From positions 32,001 through 96,000 of IMG/VR virus record IMGVR_UViG_3300012953_000013: a stretch of 64,000 nucleotides of DNA. One strand, written 5' to 3'. Position 1 is the stretch's first letter. The number at the start of each line of letters is the position of its first letter. Under the pieces are notes generated by a model. It searched no databases, was not told the origin of the DNA, and saw only the letters and a list, made by a program, of their open reading frames with translations. Below are positions 1 to 9,059 of the stretch, one piece after another. The position numbers and the translations under genes were made by a program. Source of the DNA: a virus.

Positions 1-51
1 TTCCGCTCGGATTTAATCAACATCACCTTGCTATCCTTTCGATATATTAAT

Positions 52-678
52 TTAATCAAAAACTAGGGGATTGTTCAAAACTTTTTTGCGTAAAACTTTT
101 GGCAATCCAGGATTCACTCTGAGAGCTCTTGGCACGACTTCATGTCGAATATAATTTCTCATGTAAGAATCGTCTAAATTACTAGGGTCTTCAACGTATG
201 GAACGTTTTTTCTGTCGCACCAATCTTCTAAAACCGCTTTTCTAGTGATAAGAAAGGGTCTCAGGTATCTACCTCTTTGCGAGGGGATAAGCTTTGGATC
301 TCCGTGAAAAGACGTGAAAAGCCAGGTTTCAACGAGATCATCTAGATGGTGGCACGTAATAATTGGCCTATGAGAACAAAAAGGCATCTCAGCAACCCTG
401 CTGAAAAAACCATATCTTTGATCTCTCCAAAACTCTTCTGTAGAAACCCCAGGCGGCTGTTTTTCTTCTAAGTCTCCAACAATGCATGGAATATCTTTAG
501 ACTCGCAATATTCTGCGACAAGATCTTGCGCTTGATTTGAAAATGGAGTTCCGTGATTAAAGTGAAGAACAACTACGTCTTTATTTTTAGAAAGAAAATC
601 TAAAGCCGCCATAGAATCAGCTCCACCAGAAACCGCAATTGCGATTTTATCTGGAAGCTTCACGGACATTCTAATCAT
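52..678 (-). CDS. tilS: tRNA(Ile)-lysidine synthetase, minimal catalytic (PP-loop) domain
   Basis: SGGADS PP-loop; HFNHG; R-Y-x-FF (WRDQRYGFF); TCHHLDDLVET; RPFL; DPSN; RNYIRH. The C-terminal domains are absent. Confidence 0.9.
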   Translation of the reverse strand: MIRMSVKLPDKIAIAVSGGADSMAALDFLSKNKDVVVLHFNHGTPFSNQAQDLVAEYCESKDIPCIVGDLEEKQPPGVSTEEFWRDQRYGFFSRVAEMPFCSHRPIITCHHLDDLVETWLFTSFHGDPKLIPSQRGRYLRPFLITRKAVLEDWCDRKNVPYVEDPSNLDDSYMRNYIRHEVVPRALRVNPGLPKVLRKKVLNNPLVFD

Positions 679-1709
679 TGCGTTGCGACTCTCTTAAGAA
701 GAGGCGTTACTTGACTAAGAGAACCCTCTTTGTGTTCACGAAGCTCAATGAGGTTAGAGTTTAGTTGGGGGACAATAATCCTGGTCCATTCTATAATATC
801 TTCAAGCTGTCCTTCTGCAAGATTCTCTACGTCTACTGACTCAGTAAAGTAAAATTCGATAAATTGCATTTTTCGATTTTCTTTCATATAGAAATTACAA
901 TCAAAATCAACTTCAATATCTTTTTTCAAAACATCTTGATTTCTCTTTAGATACTCAAAGTTCTCAATCACTTTATTTGAATCTTTATCAGAAAGTTTAA
1001 TTTGAACTCTAAAAGACTTTTCGCCTCTTCCATTTTGCCTAAAAGCTGCTTCAATCTTATTGTTTCCTCCGTAGGGAGAAGGCCAATCACAGTGATAATT
1101 TGGGGTACCATGGCCATGAGAGTGACGGCCTTTGGATACACCTGCTCTTGAAAGATGCTCGATCAACTTTGGAAAAAACTCTCCATAAAAAGACTCTTTA
1201 GAAGAAACCATTCTGGAAAGCTGAGCTTTTTTCTTTACTCTAGACAAAGCTTCTTGACTGGCTGGAATTACTTCAAATGTGACAGCTGGAAGTGAATCGT
1301 CAATTTGGTATACCTTGGCTTGAACTCCGATAATGTCAATATCTGGGTGGTCATTTAAAAAGCTTATGAGTCTTTCGTCATCAGAAGAAATGTCTTCAAA
1401 AACCCAAATTGCAATTTTAGCACCAAGAGCAACAGAATAGTGAAGAGTTCTCCATCCATGGCTTGGATCAGCTTTGCCATACTGGTTTTCTACAATCGCC
1501 AAATGTTTACCATTTAGCTCTACTAACATATCTACGTGACGCTGACCGTCTCCTGCCTGAAGTTCAGTGTCCAAACACTCCATCTCGAAACCTAGCGCAT
1601 CTCCCATGACATCCATGTTCTTTGATAGCCATGGCGTAAAATGCTTTTCTTCTAACTGCCAAACACTTTTAAGAGACAGCTCATTAATAGTTCCAAGATT
1701 GATTTTCAT
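675..1709 (-). CDS. NucS-like PD-(D/E)XK nuclease domain plus DUF4268-like C-terminal domain
   Basis: E..FTPWL..N...LG..LG; RHVDML...IVENQYGKADPSH, typical of this family. Overlaps the tilS start (ATGA). Confidence 0.65.
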   Translation of the reverse strand: MKINLGTINELSLKSVWQLEEKHFTPWLSKNMDVMGDALGFEMECLDTELQAGDGQRHVDMLVELNGKHLAIVENQYGKADPSHGWRTLHYSVALGAKIAIWVFEDISSDDERLISFLNDHPDIDIIGVQAKVYQIDDSLPAVTFEVIPASQEALSRVKKKAQLSRMVSSKESFYGEFFPKLIEHLSRAGVSKGRHSHGHGTPNYHCDWPSPYGGNNKIEAAFRQNGRGEKSFRVQIKLSDKDSNKVIENFEYLKRNQDVLKKDIEVDFDCNFYMKENRKMQFIEFYFTESVDVENLAEGQLEDIIEWTRIIVPQLNSNLIELREHKEGSLSQVTPLLKRVATQ

Positions 1710-1734
1710 TTGTTCTCCCCGAACATTAAGTAAA

Positions 1735-1812
1735 TGGTCGGCTGGCCGGGACTTGAACCCGGAACCCTCTGTTTATGAGACAGACGCTCTGACCTGATTG
1801 AGCTACCAGCCG
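1735..1812 (-). tRNA. tRNA with CAU anticodon (elongator Met or Ile2)
   Basis: Cloverleaf: acceptor CGGCUGG/CCAGCCG, anticodon arm UCUGU-CUCAUAA-ACAGA, T-loop UUCAAGU, encoded CCA. C1:G72 is paired and there is no GGG/CCC stem, so it is not an initiator. Confidence 0.93.
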
Positions 1813-1888
1813 GTATTTGTTAATTCCTTACTATTAGATAATAACAACTAATAGTCAATTTTTCATTATTTTTTTTAATGAATTGACA

Positions 1889-4000
1889 TTAATTTTCAGG
1901 AGGTAAGCACAAACCCTCTAAGATTTGAACTAAAGAATTATACATTGAGATTGCGTTATCTGAAAGCTCGAAATAGCTACCGCTTGTCGCATCTGATATT
2001 TCATCCCAACCATAAGATTCGTTGGTTGAGAATGTAAAGATTTTAAGCTGGGGCGTGGCCACAGCGGCTTCAATCACAGTTTGAGTGTTTATTTCTGGAT
2101 CTAAATAGCTTTGCTCTTCTTCATCAGAAAAAACAATTATTATCTTATCGACGCCGGCTCGCCACGATACATCAAACTGGTCCTTTGGTGGGTGAGATTC
2201 TCCGACATCACCAGTCCAGTTAGATTGAGAAACATCTAAGGGGGCATTTCCTGAAATACTGTCGATAGACATATAAATCGCATCTAGTAACATTTCACTA
2301 CTCGTATCCATTCCGTCGTTTCCTAAGCCCGCAAAAGAAGCTAAGAAATCTGGAAATGGCGATATATCAGATATCATAAACAACCGGTCTTCATCGGCTC
2401 CTGGGAGATTTCTTGGTCCAACTATTAATCCCCACTGTACAGCTTCTTCTGCCTCAAAATTAATCGCAAATTGATTAAGAGCAGAGAGAACAGCGTTGAT
2501 TTCTTGATCCATTGATCCAGACCAATCTACTATAAATAAAACATCTGTGTCTGGAATCTCATTGCCCCAGTCTACTACTCCGTCGCAGTCGTCGTCTGCT
2601 CCATTGCAAATTTCGGCTGAAGGCGTCGTTTCTCCGACACATAATCCGGGCTGGAATTGATTTATTCCGTTTGTATTTCCCCAAACTCCTTCTATGCACA
2701 TAAACTCTCCAGAAGAACAGATCCCGACATTTAGAGTTTCTGGTGGACCAGTATAACATTGAGAAAACAAATCTTCATCTATATCCCCGTTACAGTTATC
2801 ATCATAATTATTGCAGTCTTCTTGTTCAAGAGGAATTCCAATAACTGGATCGCAAAATTCATTAGGGTCTTCAGGTAAATAAGCACACATTGCTTGACAA
2901 TCGGTAGTTACTATTTCTTCGCAGCTAGGGTCTACGCAAACGCAAGTTTTATAACCTAAACCACACACCATTGGTGCTTCTAAACAAGGGAAAAAAGCCC
3001 CAAGGTCATCTATACTGCACAGGCACTCTAAGCCCTCATCTATATTTCCGTCGCAGTCATTGTCGAAACCGTCGCACACCTCTTCTTGTGGCTGGTCTGC
3101 TGTACAAGAAATCCAAGAACCACTTGAACAAGTTTCAAAACCTGGGCCGCAAATAGTGTTACATTCTTGAATTAGGTCTTCATCTATAGCGCCATCACAA
3201 TTATTATCAATTCCGTCGCAGATTTCTTCAGGGACTGGGCCGCAAGATCCGCACTCATTTGTTTGACCCTCATCAATTAAGTCATCGCAATCGTTGTCTA
3301 GGTAGTCACAGATTTCTTCTTGGGGTTCAGGGCCAAAACAAATTTCTTCTCCCTGTACACAAACAGCATTTCCAGAACCGCACTCGTTTTCGCATGGGGT
3401 TACCCCCAGATCTTCGTCTACTACGCCGTCACAGTCGTCATCCGACCCATTGCAGACTTCTGGACTGCAGGGTTGGCATGGGCCGTGAAAGAGTTGCCCT
3501 TTGTTACACCAAATCTGTTGTTTTCCAAAAGTGCCATCTTCTAATTCACAGTCATACCATTCTATAAAATCTGCTGGGGCTAAAGGATTACACTCAAAAG
3601 CTAATTCACATTCTCCTTGACTTAATATCTCAGGAGGCGGGCATCCGTCATCTTGTCCATAAATACATGCATTGTTGTTCTCGTCACAGACATCGACCAA
3701 GACAGTCATAGTTCTTATGGAGTTATCTGGTGTTGGAGGGCAATACCATTGTTGGGATTTGCAGCATTGAGGGTTACAAGCGCACCAGCCTGAATGAGAA
3801 TTCGATTCAACTGAATCACATGGATCAACTTCTACATCTGGAACGTCTGGAACTCCTATTTCTAAAATAGGGATATCAGCATCAGGGTAAACATGCAGTC
3901 GTGGGCCTTCGTCAAAATCGCCCTCTCCGTTGCGTTGATCTGAGCACGACCAAATCAATGGGAGCGCGATCAGAATTAATCTGGTCCAGCGCATCGCCAT
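1889..4000 (-). CDS. Lipoprotein with six MopE-like putative metal-binding repeats and a C-terminal vWA domain
   Basis: Lipobox LIWS-C; six E-x-C-(N/D)-x-x-D-(N/D)-x-C-(D/N)-x-x-x-D repeats; MIDAS motif DVLFIVDWSGSM. Confidence 0.85.
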   Translation of the reverse strand: MAMRWTRLILIALPLIWSCSDQRNGEGDFDEGPRLHVYPDADIPILEIGVPDVPDVEVDPCDSVESNSHSGWCACNPQCCKSQQWYCPPTPDNSIRTMTVLVDVCDENNNACIYGQDDGCPPPEILSQGECELAFECNPLAPADFIEWYDCELEDGTFGKQQIWCNKGQLFHGPCQPCSPEVCNGSDDDCDGVVDEDLGVTPCENECGSGNAVCVQGEEICFGPEPQEEICDYLDNDCDDLIDEGQTNECGSCGPVPEEICDGIDNNCDGAIDEDLIQECNTICGPGFETCSSGSWISCTADQPQEEVCDGFDNDCDGNIDEGLECLCSIDDLGAFFPCLEAPMVCGLGYKTCVCVDPSCEEIVTTDCQAMCAYLPEDPNEFCDPVIGIPLEQEDCNNYDDNCNGDIDEDLFSQCYTGPPETLNVGICSSGEFMCIEGVWGNTNGINQFQPGLCVGETTPSAEICNGADDDCDGVVDWGNEIPDTDVLFIVDWSGSMDQEINAVLSALNQFAINFEAEEAVQWGLIVGPRNLPGADEDRLFMISDISPFPDFLASFAGLGNDGMDTSSEMLLDAIYMSIDSISGNAPLDVSQSNWTGDVGESHPPKDQFDVSWRAGVDKIIIVFSDEEEQSYLDPEINTQTVIEAAVATPQLKIFTFSTNESYGWDEISDATSGSYFELSDNAISMYNSLVQILEGLCLPPEN

Positions 4001-4069
4001 ATTTTTAAGTATATGATTTTTTTAAAGACTTGAAAATATTTTTTCACTCGTGATACTATATTTAAAAAT

Positions 4070-4465
4070 ATGAGTATAGAATCAATAGGCAATCAAGCCA
4101 CAACATGGGGTGTAGGAGCGATCAAATCTTCAGCTGCTCTAGGCACCGAAAAATCTGAAGAACAAACTATAAACAAGATACAAGAAAATGAAAATAAAGC
4201 TGTAAGCAACGATAAAGTATCTAAAATACAGCAAGAATTTACTTCTTTAAGTACTCAAGATTTTGTATCTCTAAGACAGCAATTTTCTCAAGGCTCTTTC
4301 GAAATTTTAGATGAAGTTATTTCTGATATGAAAGAAGATACTGAAAACGTCGGGAAAGCTATAGAAGCTATATCAGAACTCATTAAGAAAACTTCTAAAG
4401 ACCATATTGGTTTAATGGTTTTAGAAAAAACTCTTGAAGCTCTAAAAGAAAACGAACCAAAATAA
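4070..4465 (+). CDS. Hypothetical protein
   Basis: 131-aa ORF filling the gap between divergent and convergent neighbours; preceded by TATATTTA. Confidence 0.7.
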   Translation: MSIESIGNQATTWGVGAIKSSAALGTEKSEEQTINKIQENENKAVSNDKVSKIQQEFTSLSTQDFVSLRQQFSQGSFEILDEVISDMKEDTENVGKAIEAISELIKKTSKDHIGLMVLEKTLEALKENEPK

Positions 4466-4492
4466 AAAAGCGCGGGGGATAAACCCCCGCGC
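4465..4492 (-). terminator. Rho-independent terminator (probably bidirectional)
   Basis: Perfect 9-bp stem GCGCGGGGG/CCCCCGCGC with a U-tract on the minus strand, between convergent genes. Confidence 0.85.
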
Positions 4493-4516
4493 TGTCAAAT
4501 TATTTCACTTAACTAT

Positions 4517-4786
4517 TTACTGAACGTTAGTACCAGCATCGACTTCGTCATTAACGTCTTGAACCTCTGTAGCAGCATTTTCCGTATTAACAGTATTTGT
4601 TGTAACAGAATTTACTTGGGTCGTCTCAACATTATCGACAGGGGCCGAAGCAGTATTTACTTCTTCAGTTTCTGAAACTGCTGGATTGTAGTTATACACT
4701 CCATACGCTCCAAAAGCTACGAGCCCAGTGAAAATTGCGAGCTGCAACTTTTTTTCAGCCCACACGGTCTTAAACCAATTAAACAT
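4517..4786 (-). CDS. Small membrane-anchored hypothetical protein
   Basis: N-terminal hydrophobic helix followed by a T/N/V/E-rich low-complexity tail; GGAG RBS. Confidence 0.7.
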   Translation of the reverse strand: MFNWFKTVWAEKKLQLAIFTGLVAFGAYGVYNYNPAVSETEEVNTASAPVDNVETTQVNSVTTNTVNTENAATEVQDVNDEVDAGTNVQ

Positions 4787-4847
4787 ATCAAATAACTCCT
4801 AGTTGATTGTAGGCATCTATAAACCCATGCCTTCCTGCGGTTTACGA

Positions 4848-4988
4848 TTACTCTTCTACTGAAGAATCTTCGCTAGAGCCAGAATCTGCTACCTCTGCTG
4901 AATCTGACGCTGTATCTTCTTCTTTGTCGCCGCATGCAGCTAAAAGCAAACCAGCAACTGAAAGAAAAACCAAACTGCGAATTAACAT
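4848..4988 (-). CDS. 46-aa lipoprotein (not in ORF track)
   Basis: AAGGAG RBS; MLIRSLVFLSVAGLLLAACGDKEEDTASDSAEVADSGSSEDSSVEE; lipobox LAA-C. Confidence 0.8.
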   Translation of the reverse strand: MLIRSLVFLSVAGLLLAACGDKEEDTASDSAEVADSGSSEDSSVEE

Positions 4989-5030
4989 AAAGTCTCCTTC
5001 ACTCGGTAAGAGTGGATTATTCGCTCAAAC

Positions 5031-5058
5031 AAAAAAGGCACTCCAAAGGAGTGCCTTT
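5031..5058 (-). terminator. Rho-independent terminator closing the large ncRNA
   Basis: GGCACUCC-UUU-GGAGUGCC followed by UUUUUU on the minus strand. Confidence 0.85.
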
Positions 5059-5067
5059 AGATATAAA

Positions 5068-5710
5068 AAAATGAAACCCTCAGCACTTCTCGGTTCCACC
5101 TCGTGACCATCAAACCTTTTGAGTCTGTCCCCTTGCGGGTTAGATGTAAGCACACGGAATAGTTAGTTCCTTCACGAGCTTTCTCCCTGTTCTTGATCGG
5201 TAAGGATCACGGAACAGCACGCCCTACTATCGCCATAACATTCTGCGCTCATTTGAGTAAGCTGTACACTTCCCCTCTAATTTGCGCGCCACATTTCCAA
5301 ACCTTGGGTGGATGTCCATGTGACCCCTTTCGGGACGGTAGTTTTGTTGCCAATTCTACCAGAGAGACTTCTGTTACCGACAGTTGAATTCTAGAGGATC
5401 TTAATGGAAACTCTTTCCCAAGCCTTTCAGTTTGGTTATTGCCCTTATCCCGTTTTCGCGATGAATTCACAAGTCCGCGAATATCTTTGGCAGCAATTCC
5501 TCAGTGGTATGAGGACTCTTACCTTAGACTACTGGATGATATTCAGAGGTACCACCCCCTTTAACTCATCCCCTCTCTTAGTTTGGCGGCATGCCGTAAG
5601 ACCGACACCTTCCAAATCGAGGTTTTCTCTACCAACCGCTTTCGCCGCTTCTCAGGAGCCAGTAATTCCACCTGAGTTTTGAGACCCGAGAACTAGGGTC
5701 TATACCTTTC
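5068..5710 (-). ncRNA. Large ornate structured RNA (~640 nt; GOLLD/ROOL-like size class, family unassigned)
   Basis: GC-richer than its flanks, no credible ORF, many stems (GACCC/GGGUC, CUCAGG/CCUGAG, CCUCA/UGAGG, UCGCG/CGCGA, GGUAG/CUACC, CUGUUC/GAACAG, CUCGUGA/UCACGAG), GNRA loops CCC-GAAA-GGG and CCC-GCAA-GGG, upstream promoter, downstream terminator, close to tRNAs. Confidence 0.8.
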
Positions 5711-5749
5711 TAAGTTTTTAAAGATCGAATTAATTTATTAATTATCTGT

Positions 5750-5778
5750 ATTATAATGATGATTCATGCAATGTTCAA
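5750..5778 (-). promoter_or_regulatory. Sigma70-like promoter for the large ncRNA
   Basis: TTGAAC-17 nt-TATAAT. Confidence 0.7.
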
Positions 5779-5792
5779 TAAAAAGTTAATTT

Positions 5793-6260
5793 TTATTTTG
5801 TGTGAGAATCAGCAATAAAAGCCGCCCATGAATAAGGCTTAACTCTACACTTAAAGCCTGCGCCTTTTACCCATCCATTAACAGCATCGACAAAAACTCT
5901 AGTAGCTGATCTATGAGTTCTGCCGATATCTACATGGACCTCAATGTCTGCTTGAGGATATTTTTCTATTAAATCCATAGCAATGTCGATAGAATTTTGC
6001 ACTTCTTTCATTATTCTCACTCTTAAAACTGTATATTTTTCTCTTTTCAGTTTTTGTCTGTTGAAAAAATATGTTGCATAAAATTTATCTACTTGGCCGT
6101 GCAAGCAAATAGTTGTTACAAAAGTACACCTATCACTCTTAACTTGGCTATCGGTGCCTATAAATACTTTCCCACCGCCAACAATATATTTGTCGATCCG
6201 AGCCATCAGATCTGTAAAGGGTATGGGATCTCCCGATCCTGTAAACCATCGGTCTTTCAT
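5793..6260 (-). CDS. RNase H-like protein, YkuK/DUF458 family
   Basis: VFIGTDSQ, RIMKEV..SI.IA and IEVHVDIG acidic motifs. Confidence 0.8.
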   Translation of the reverse strand: MKDRWFTGSGDPIPFTDLMARIDKYIVGGGKVFIGTDSQVKSDRCTFVTTICLHGQVDKFYATYFFNRQKLKREKYTVLRVRIMKEVQNSIDIAMDLIEKYPQADIEVHVDIGRTHRSATRVFVDAVNGWVKGAGFKCRVKPYSWAAFIADSHTK

Positions 6261-6320
6261 TAACGCACCATATAACTTTAACTATTTGAGTATTAAGTTT
6301 TTTTCATAAATTGTCCAAAA

Positions 6321-6397
6321 TGGTCGGGATGGCAGGATTTGAACCTGCGACCCTCTGCTCCCAAAGCAGATGCGCTGCCAGACTGCGCTACACCCCG
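6321..6397 (-). tRNA. tRNA-Pro(UGG)
   Basis: Cloverleaf starting CGGGGUG, anticodon arm UCUGC-UUUGGGA-GCAGA, CCA end. Confidence 0.95.
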
Positions 6398-6533
6398 TAA
6401 ATCTGTCGAATTGTTTTTAGTTATCCCATATCATATTAAAAAGGTTACTGGAGGTGGTGCTCCCTCTGTTCACCTGCTTGTATTAAACCAAAGCACCTTA
6501 GCTAAAAACCATTCACTGATTTATAAAAACATT

Positions 6534-6770
6534 TTAATCTCTTTTTTTTACTATCTCTACACTTCCATCTGGTCTTCTAATTGTTATACCTTCCCAATCG
6601 CAAAAATCTTTCAAAGTCCCACCTGGCTTTAAATTGCAAGTTGATGTTTCTGGATGATTTGAACACCTTGCAAAACTTTTGGACCCCGGTGCTGTATTGT
6701 TGTGAGACCAAACAATGGGCTCAGAACACTTGGGACATAATTGTAGTTTTTTTAATCTAGCCATATTCAT
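6534..6770 (-). CDS. Small Cys-containing (Zn-ribbon-like) hypothetical protein
   Basis: CPKC plus further Cys residues; 78 aa. Confidence 0.6.
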   Translation of the reverse strand: MNMARLKKLQLCPKCSEPIVWSHNNTAPGSKSFARCSNHPETSTCNLKPGGTLKDFCDWEGITIRRPDGSVEIVKKRD

Positions 6771-6779
6771 TTAAATATA

Positions 6780-6855
6780 TGGAGCGGGTGATGAGACTCG
6801 AACTCACAACATTCAGCTTGGAAGGCTGACGCTCTACCAATTGAGCTACACCCGC
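6780..6855 (-). tRNA. tRNA-Gly(UCC)
   Basis: Cloverleaf starting GCGGGUG, anticodon arm UCAGC-CUUCCAA-GCUGA, CCA end. Confidence 0.95.
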
Positions 6856-6862
6856 ATATAAA

Positions 6863-7744
6863 TCATTCAACATGACCAGTTCCTATAACTTCCCACTTCA
6901 TATGACTCTGAAAGATTCCTCCTAAATCTTGGGAACTAATTAATTCTATTCTATGTCTAATAAAATGTACAGCCGCAATTGAATTAATTGGAAACTGCTG
7001 TATGTAAGAACCCGGAATAATCATATATCCAGAGTCATCATCCATGCAACTAACTGCTCCTAAAAAAGTCGAGCCATCTGAACTATAAACAGCAACTATT
7101 ATTTCAAACTGAGAATTAGGGACTGAAGGGTACCAATTGAATGTCGTTCCAGATTTACTAATCACTGCTTCATACGCGTAAGATGGATCAACCCACAAAA
7201 GCGTATAAGGTTCTATAGAATCAAAACCCTCTAGAGTTTGAAAAGCATTAACTATCGTGCCATTTTCACTGGACACCGTATGAAAAGTATTTCTACTATA
7301 CTCATGCTCTAATAAATTAGTGTTAGACCAAGAACCATTTCCTGAAGGATAAAGGGGGATACTGTTAAAGTACGCTGGTTGTGTTGATGGCATTCCTTGA
7401 GAAGAGACATAAGTTTCGTATATATCGGTTTTACATGTCCCAACTTCTGTCAAATGGCTAGTATAGTCAGCAGCTGTTGGCAAATGCTGTTTTAATTCAG
7501 CAACAACTTGAATTTCGCTGCTAACTCCTAAGCAAGCTTGACAAGCTACTTGCTTAAAGTGAATTTCTGCGAATCCCACCAGTAAATCCGAAATAGAATC
7601 ATTTGTGTCAACTGAACTGCTCGTATCAGTATCTACCGTTATATTATCTTGCTGCTGCGCTGTGTCATTATTTGGCAGCTTCATTATACTAACATCTTGG
7701 CTGCAAGCCAAAAACGCTAAAGACACTATGATATTTCCAAACAT
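6863..7744 (-). CDS. Hypothetical lipoprotein
   Basis: Signal peptide ending FLA-C, D/T/S-rich linker, beta-rich body with a CxxC. Confidence 0.75.
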   Translation of the reverse strand: MFGNIIVSLAFLACSQDVSIMKLPNNDTAQQQDNITVDTDTSSSVDTNDSISDLLVGFAEIHFKQVACQACLGVSSEIQVVAELKQHLPTAADYTSHLTEVGTCKTDIYETYVSSQGMPSTQPAYFNSIPLYPSGNGSWSNTNLLEHEYSRNTFHTVSSENGTIVNAFQTLEGFDSIEPYTLLWVDPSYAYEAVISKSGTTFNWYPSVPNSQFEIIVAVYSSDGSTFLGAVSCMDDDSGYMIIPGSYIQQFPINSIAAVHFIRHRIELISSQDLGGIFQSHMKWEVIGTGHVE

Positions 7745-7749
7745 AGCGC

Positions 7750-7908
7750 TTACACAGATTTTAGAAAATTATAAAAACAAATAATAGCAAAAAAAGATCC
7801 AAGAAGGCCCCAACCATAATTGCCGTGATAGAAAGAGTTTACAGCAAAACCGCAATTAAAAGCTGCACAAGCAAAACTAAATGCGGAACTATTTAAAAAA
7901 TTAATCAA
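7750..7908 (-). CDS. 52-aa two-TM membrane peptide (not in ORF track)
   Basis: TTG start after GAGG; INFLNSSAFSFACAAFNCGFAVNSFYHGNYGWGLLGSFFAIICFYNFLKSV. Confidence 0.5.
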   Translation of the reverse strand: MINFLNSSAFSFACAAFNCGFAVNSFYHGNYGWGLLGSFFAIICFYNFLKSV

Positions 7909-7935
7909 TTGTCATCCCTCAAAAATAAATTAAAA

Positions 7936-8012
<77 letters not shown>

Positions 8013-8044
8013 TCATAATATATTCTATACATAAAAAGAGAAGT

Positions 8045-8455
8045 TTACAATTTATCGATTAAAGACTTTGCTATTTCTTTTTTAAATCTCGTAGTTGACC
8101 ACTGATGGTCCCTTTGGTGATAATGAATAGGAATACTCAAATGATCTCCAGTGAACCCTCTGCCTATATAATCAGAACCAAGAATACGGACGTCTGGGCT
8201 AAGAGTCTCTAACAGTTTAACAAGATCTGATTCAGTCCAATAAGGCTGGACTTCATCAACATATTTTATAGACATCAATAAATCGTGTCTTTCTTGAGCT
8301 GTCAAAATCGGCTTCATTTTTTTTGAATTTTCTTCAGATGGATCTACATGGAGACCAACAATTAGCCAATCGCAGACGCTCTTTGAATCTTTGAACATTT
8401 TGACATATCCTGGATGAATAACATCAAAATTACCTGCTAAAAAACCTCTTTTCAT
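8045..8455 (-). CDS. Cytidylyltransferase family protein (TagD/RfaE-like)
   Basis: GNFDVIHPGY (HIGH-like), ER..LL.SIKYVDEV, GSDY, STT. Confidence 0.85.
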   Translation of the reverse strand: MKRGFLAGNFDVIHPGYVKMFKDSKSVCDWLIVGLHVDPSEENSKKMKPILTAQERHDLLMSIKYVDEVQPYWTESDLVKLLETLSPDVRILGSDYIGRGFTGDHLSIPIHYHQRDHQWSTTRFKKEIAKSLIDKL

Positions 8456-8465
8456 TTTTTACACT

Positions 8466-8759
8466 TCACCCTTTAAAACTATCCCAAAAAGAAAGAAAGT
8501 CTTGCCGAGAATCTTTCGCCTTCTTCTTGTCGAGAAATAAAAACTTGATTGGAACTGTTCTATAGCCACCGCCAGTTTGGTCCCACAAACACGCGCATGC
8601 TGCGATTTTATCATCTGGATAAAATCGTTTAATAATCCCTTCGTGTGGGGCAGCGCTATCCACCATTGGAAACCAAGCCTTTTGCTCCAGTTCCCAACCC
8701 TCGAATTCTAAAAGTCCGGGATCAACTTTTTTTACTTTATTTTTCTTTCTTCTAGCCAT
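8466..8759 (-). CDS. Hypothetical protein
   Basis: 97-aa ORF in a co-directional run. Confidence 0.65.
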   Translation of the reverse strand: MARRKKNKVKKVDPGLLEFEGWELEQKAWFPMVDSAAPHEGIIKRFYPDDKIAACACLWDQTGGGYRTVPIKFLFLDKKKAKDSRQDFLSFWDSFKG

Positions 8760-8762
8760 AAT

Positions 8763-9059
8763 TTAAAACACACTGAGTAATACTGTTAAAATAATACTAA
8801 CCAAGAAACAGAAAGCTGAAAACATTAAACAGCCTAAAAAGAGTTTCAACAAGAAGTCTAAGACGTCGCCGCCTTCACCGTCGATGTCATCTGCAACCAT
8901 AAACGGAATCATAAAAAAATCAATGATAACACCTATACCGCAAAATCCTCCAGTGCAGAGATAAAGAATGCCTGTGTAAAATCGCCCTAAATAAAACCTA
9001 TGAGCTCCAGCAAAACCAAGAGCAAATAAGAAAGCATAGGAAATTAGAAGTTTACGCAT
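8763..9059 (-). CDS. TM2/NINE-domain membrane protein
   Basis: LGFAGAHRFYLG..TGILYL.TGG..GIG.IIDF signature. Confidence 0.9.
   Translation of the reverse strand: MRKLLISYAFLFALGFAGAHRFYLGRFYTGILYLCTGGFCGIGVIIDFFMIPFMVADDIDGEGGDVLDFLLKLFLGCLMFSAFCFLVSIILTVLLSVF

Noticed and set aside
1735-1812. Initiator tRNA-fMet
   Set aside because: The 1:72 pair is Watson-Crick and the anticodon stem lacks three consecutive G:C pairs.
4070-4465. Flagellar-type (FlgM/FlaG-like) protein suggested by the MSIESIG N-terminus
   Set aside because: The resemblance is compositional only; no diagnostic motif.
4924-5682. Short ORFs 4924-5106, 5193-5387, 5249-5470 and 5404-5682
   Set aside because: No RBS or protein-like motifs; they overlap the terminator and the structured RNA.
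5068-5710. RNase P RNA, group I or group II intron identity for the large RNA
   Set aside because: No GAGGAAAGUCC P4 motif, the P7-like strands are in the wrong order, there is no GUGCG start or domain V, and it does not interrupt a gene.
6420-6505. tRNA-like or SRP-like element upstream of tRNA-Pro (GGUGCUUU...GGGAGCACC..CCA)
   Set aside because: Only one stem is supported; there is no T-loop, no acceptor pairing and no SRP domain IV motif. It may be a leader hairpin.
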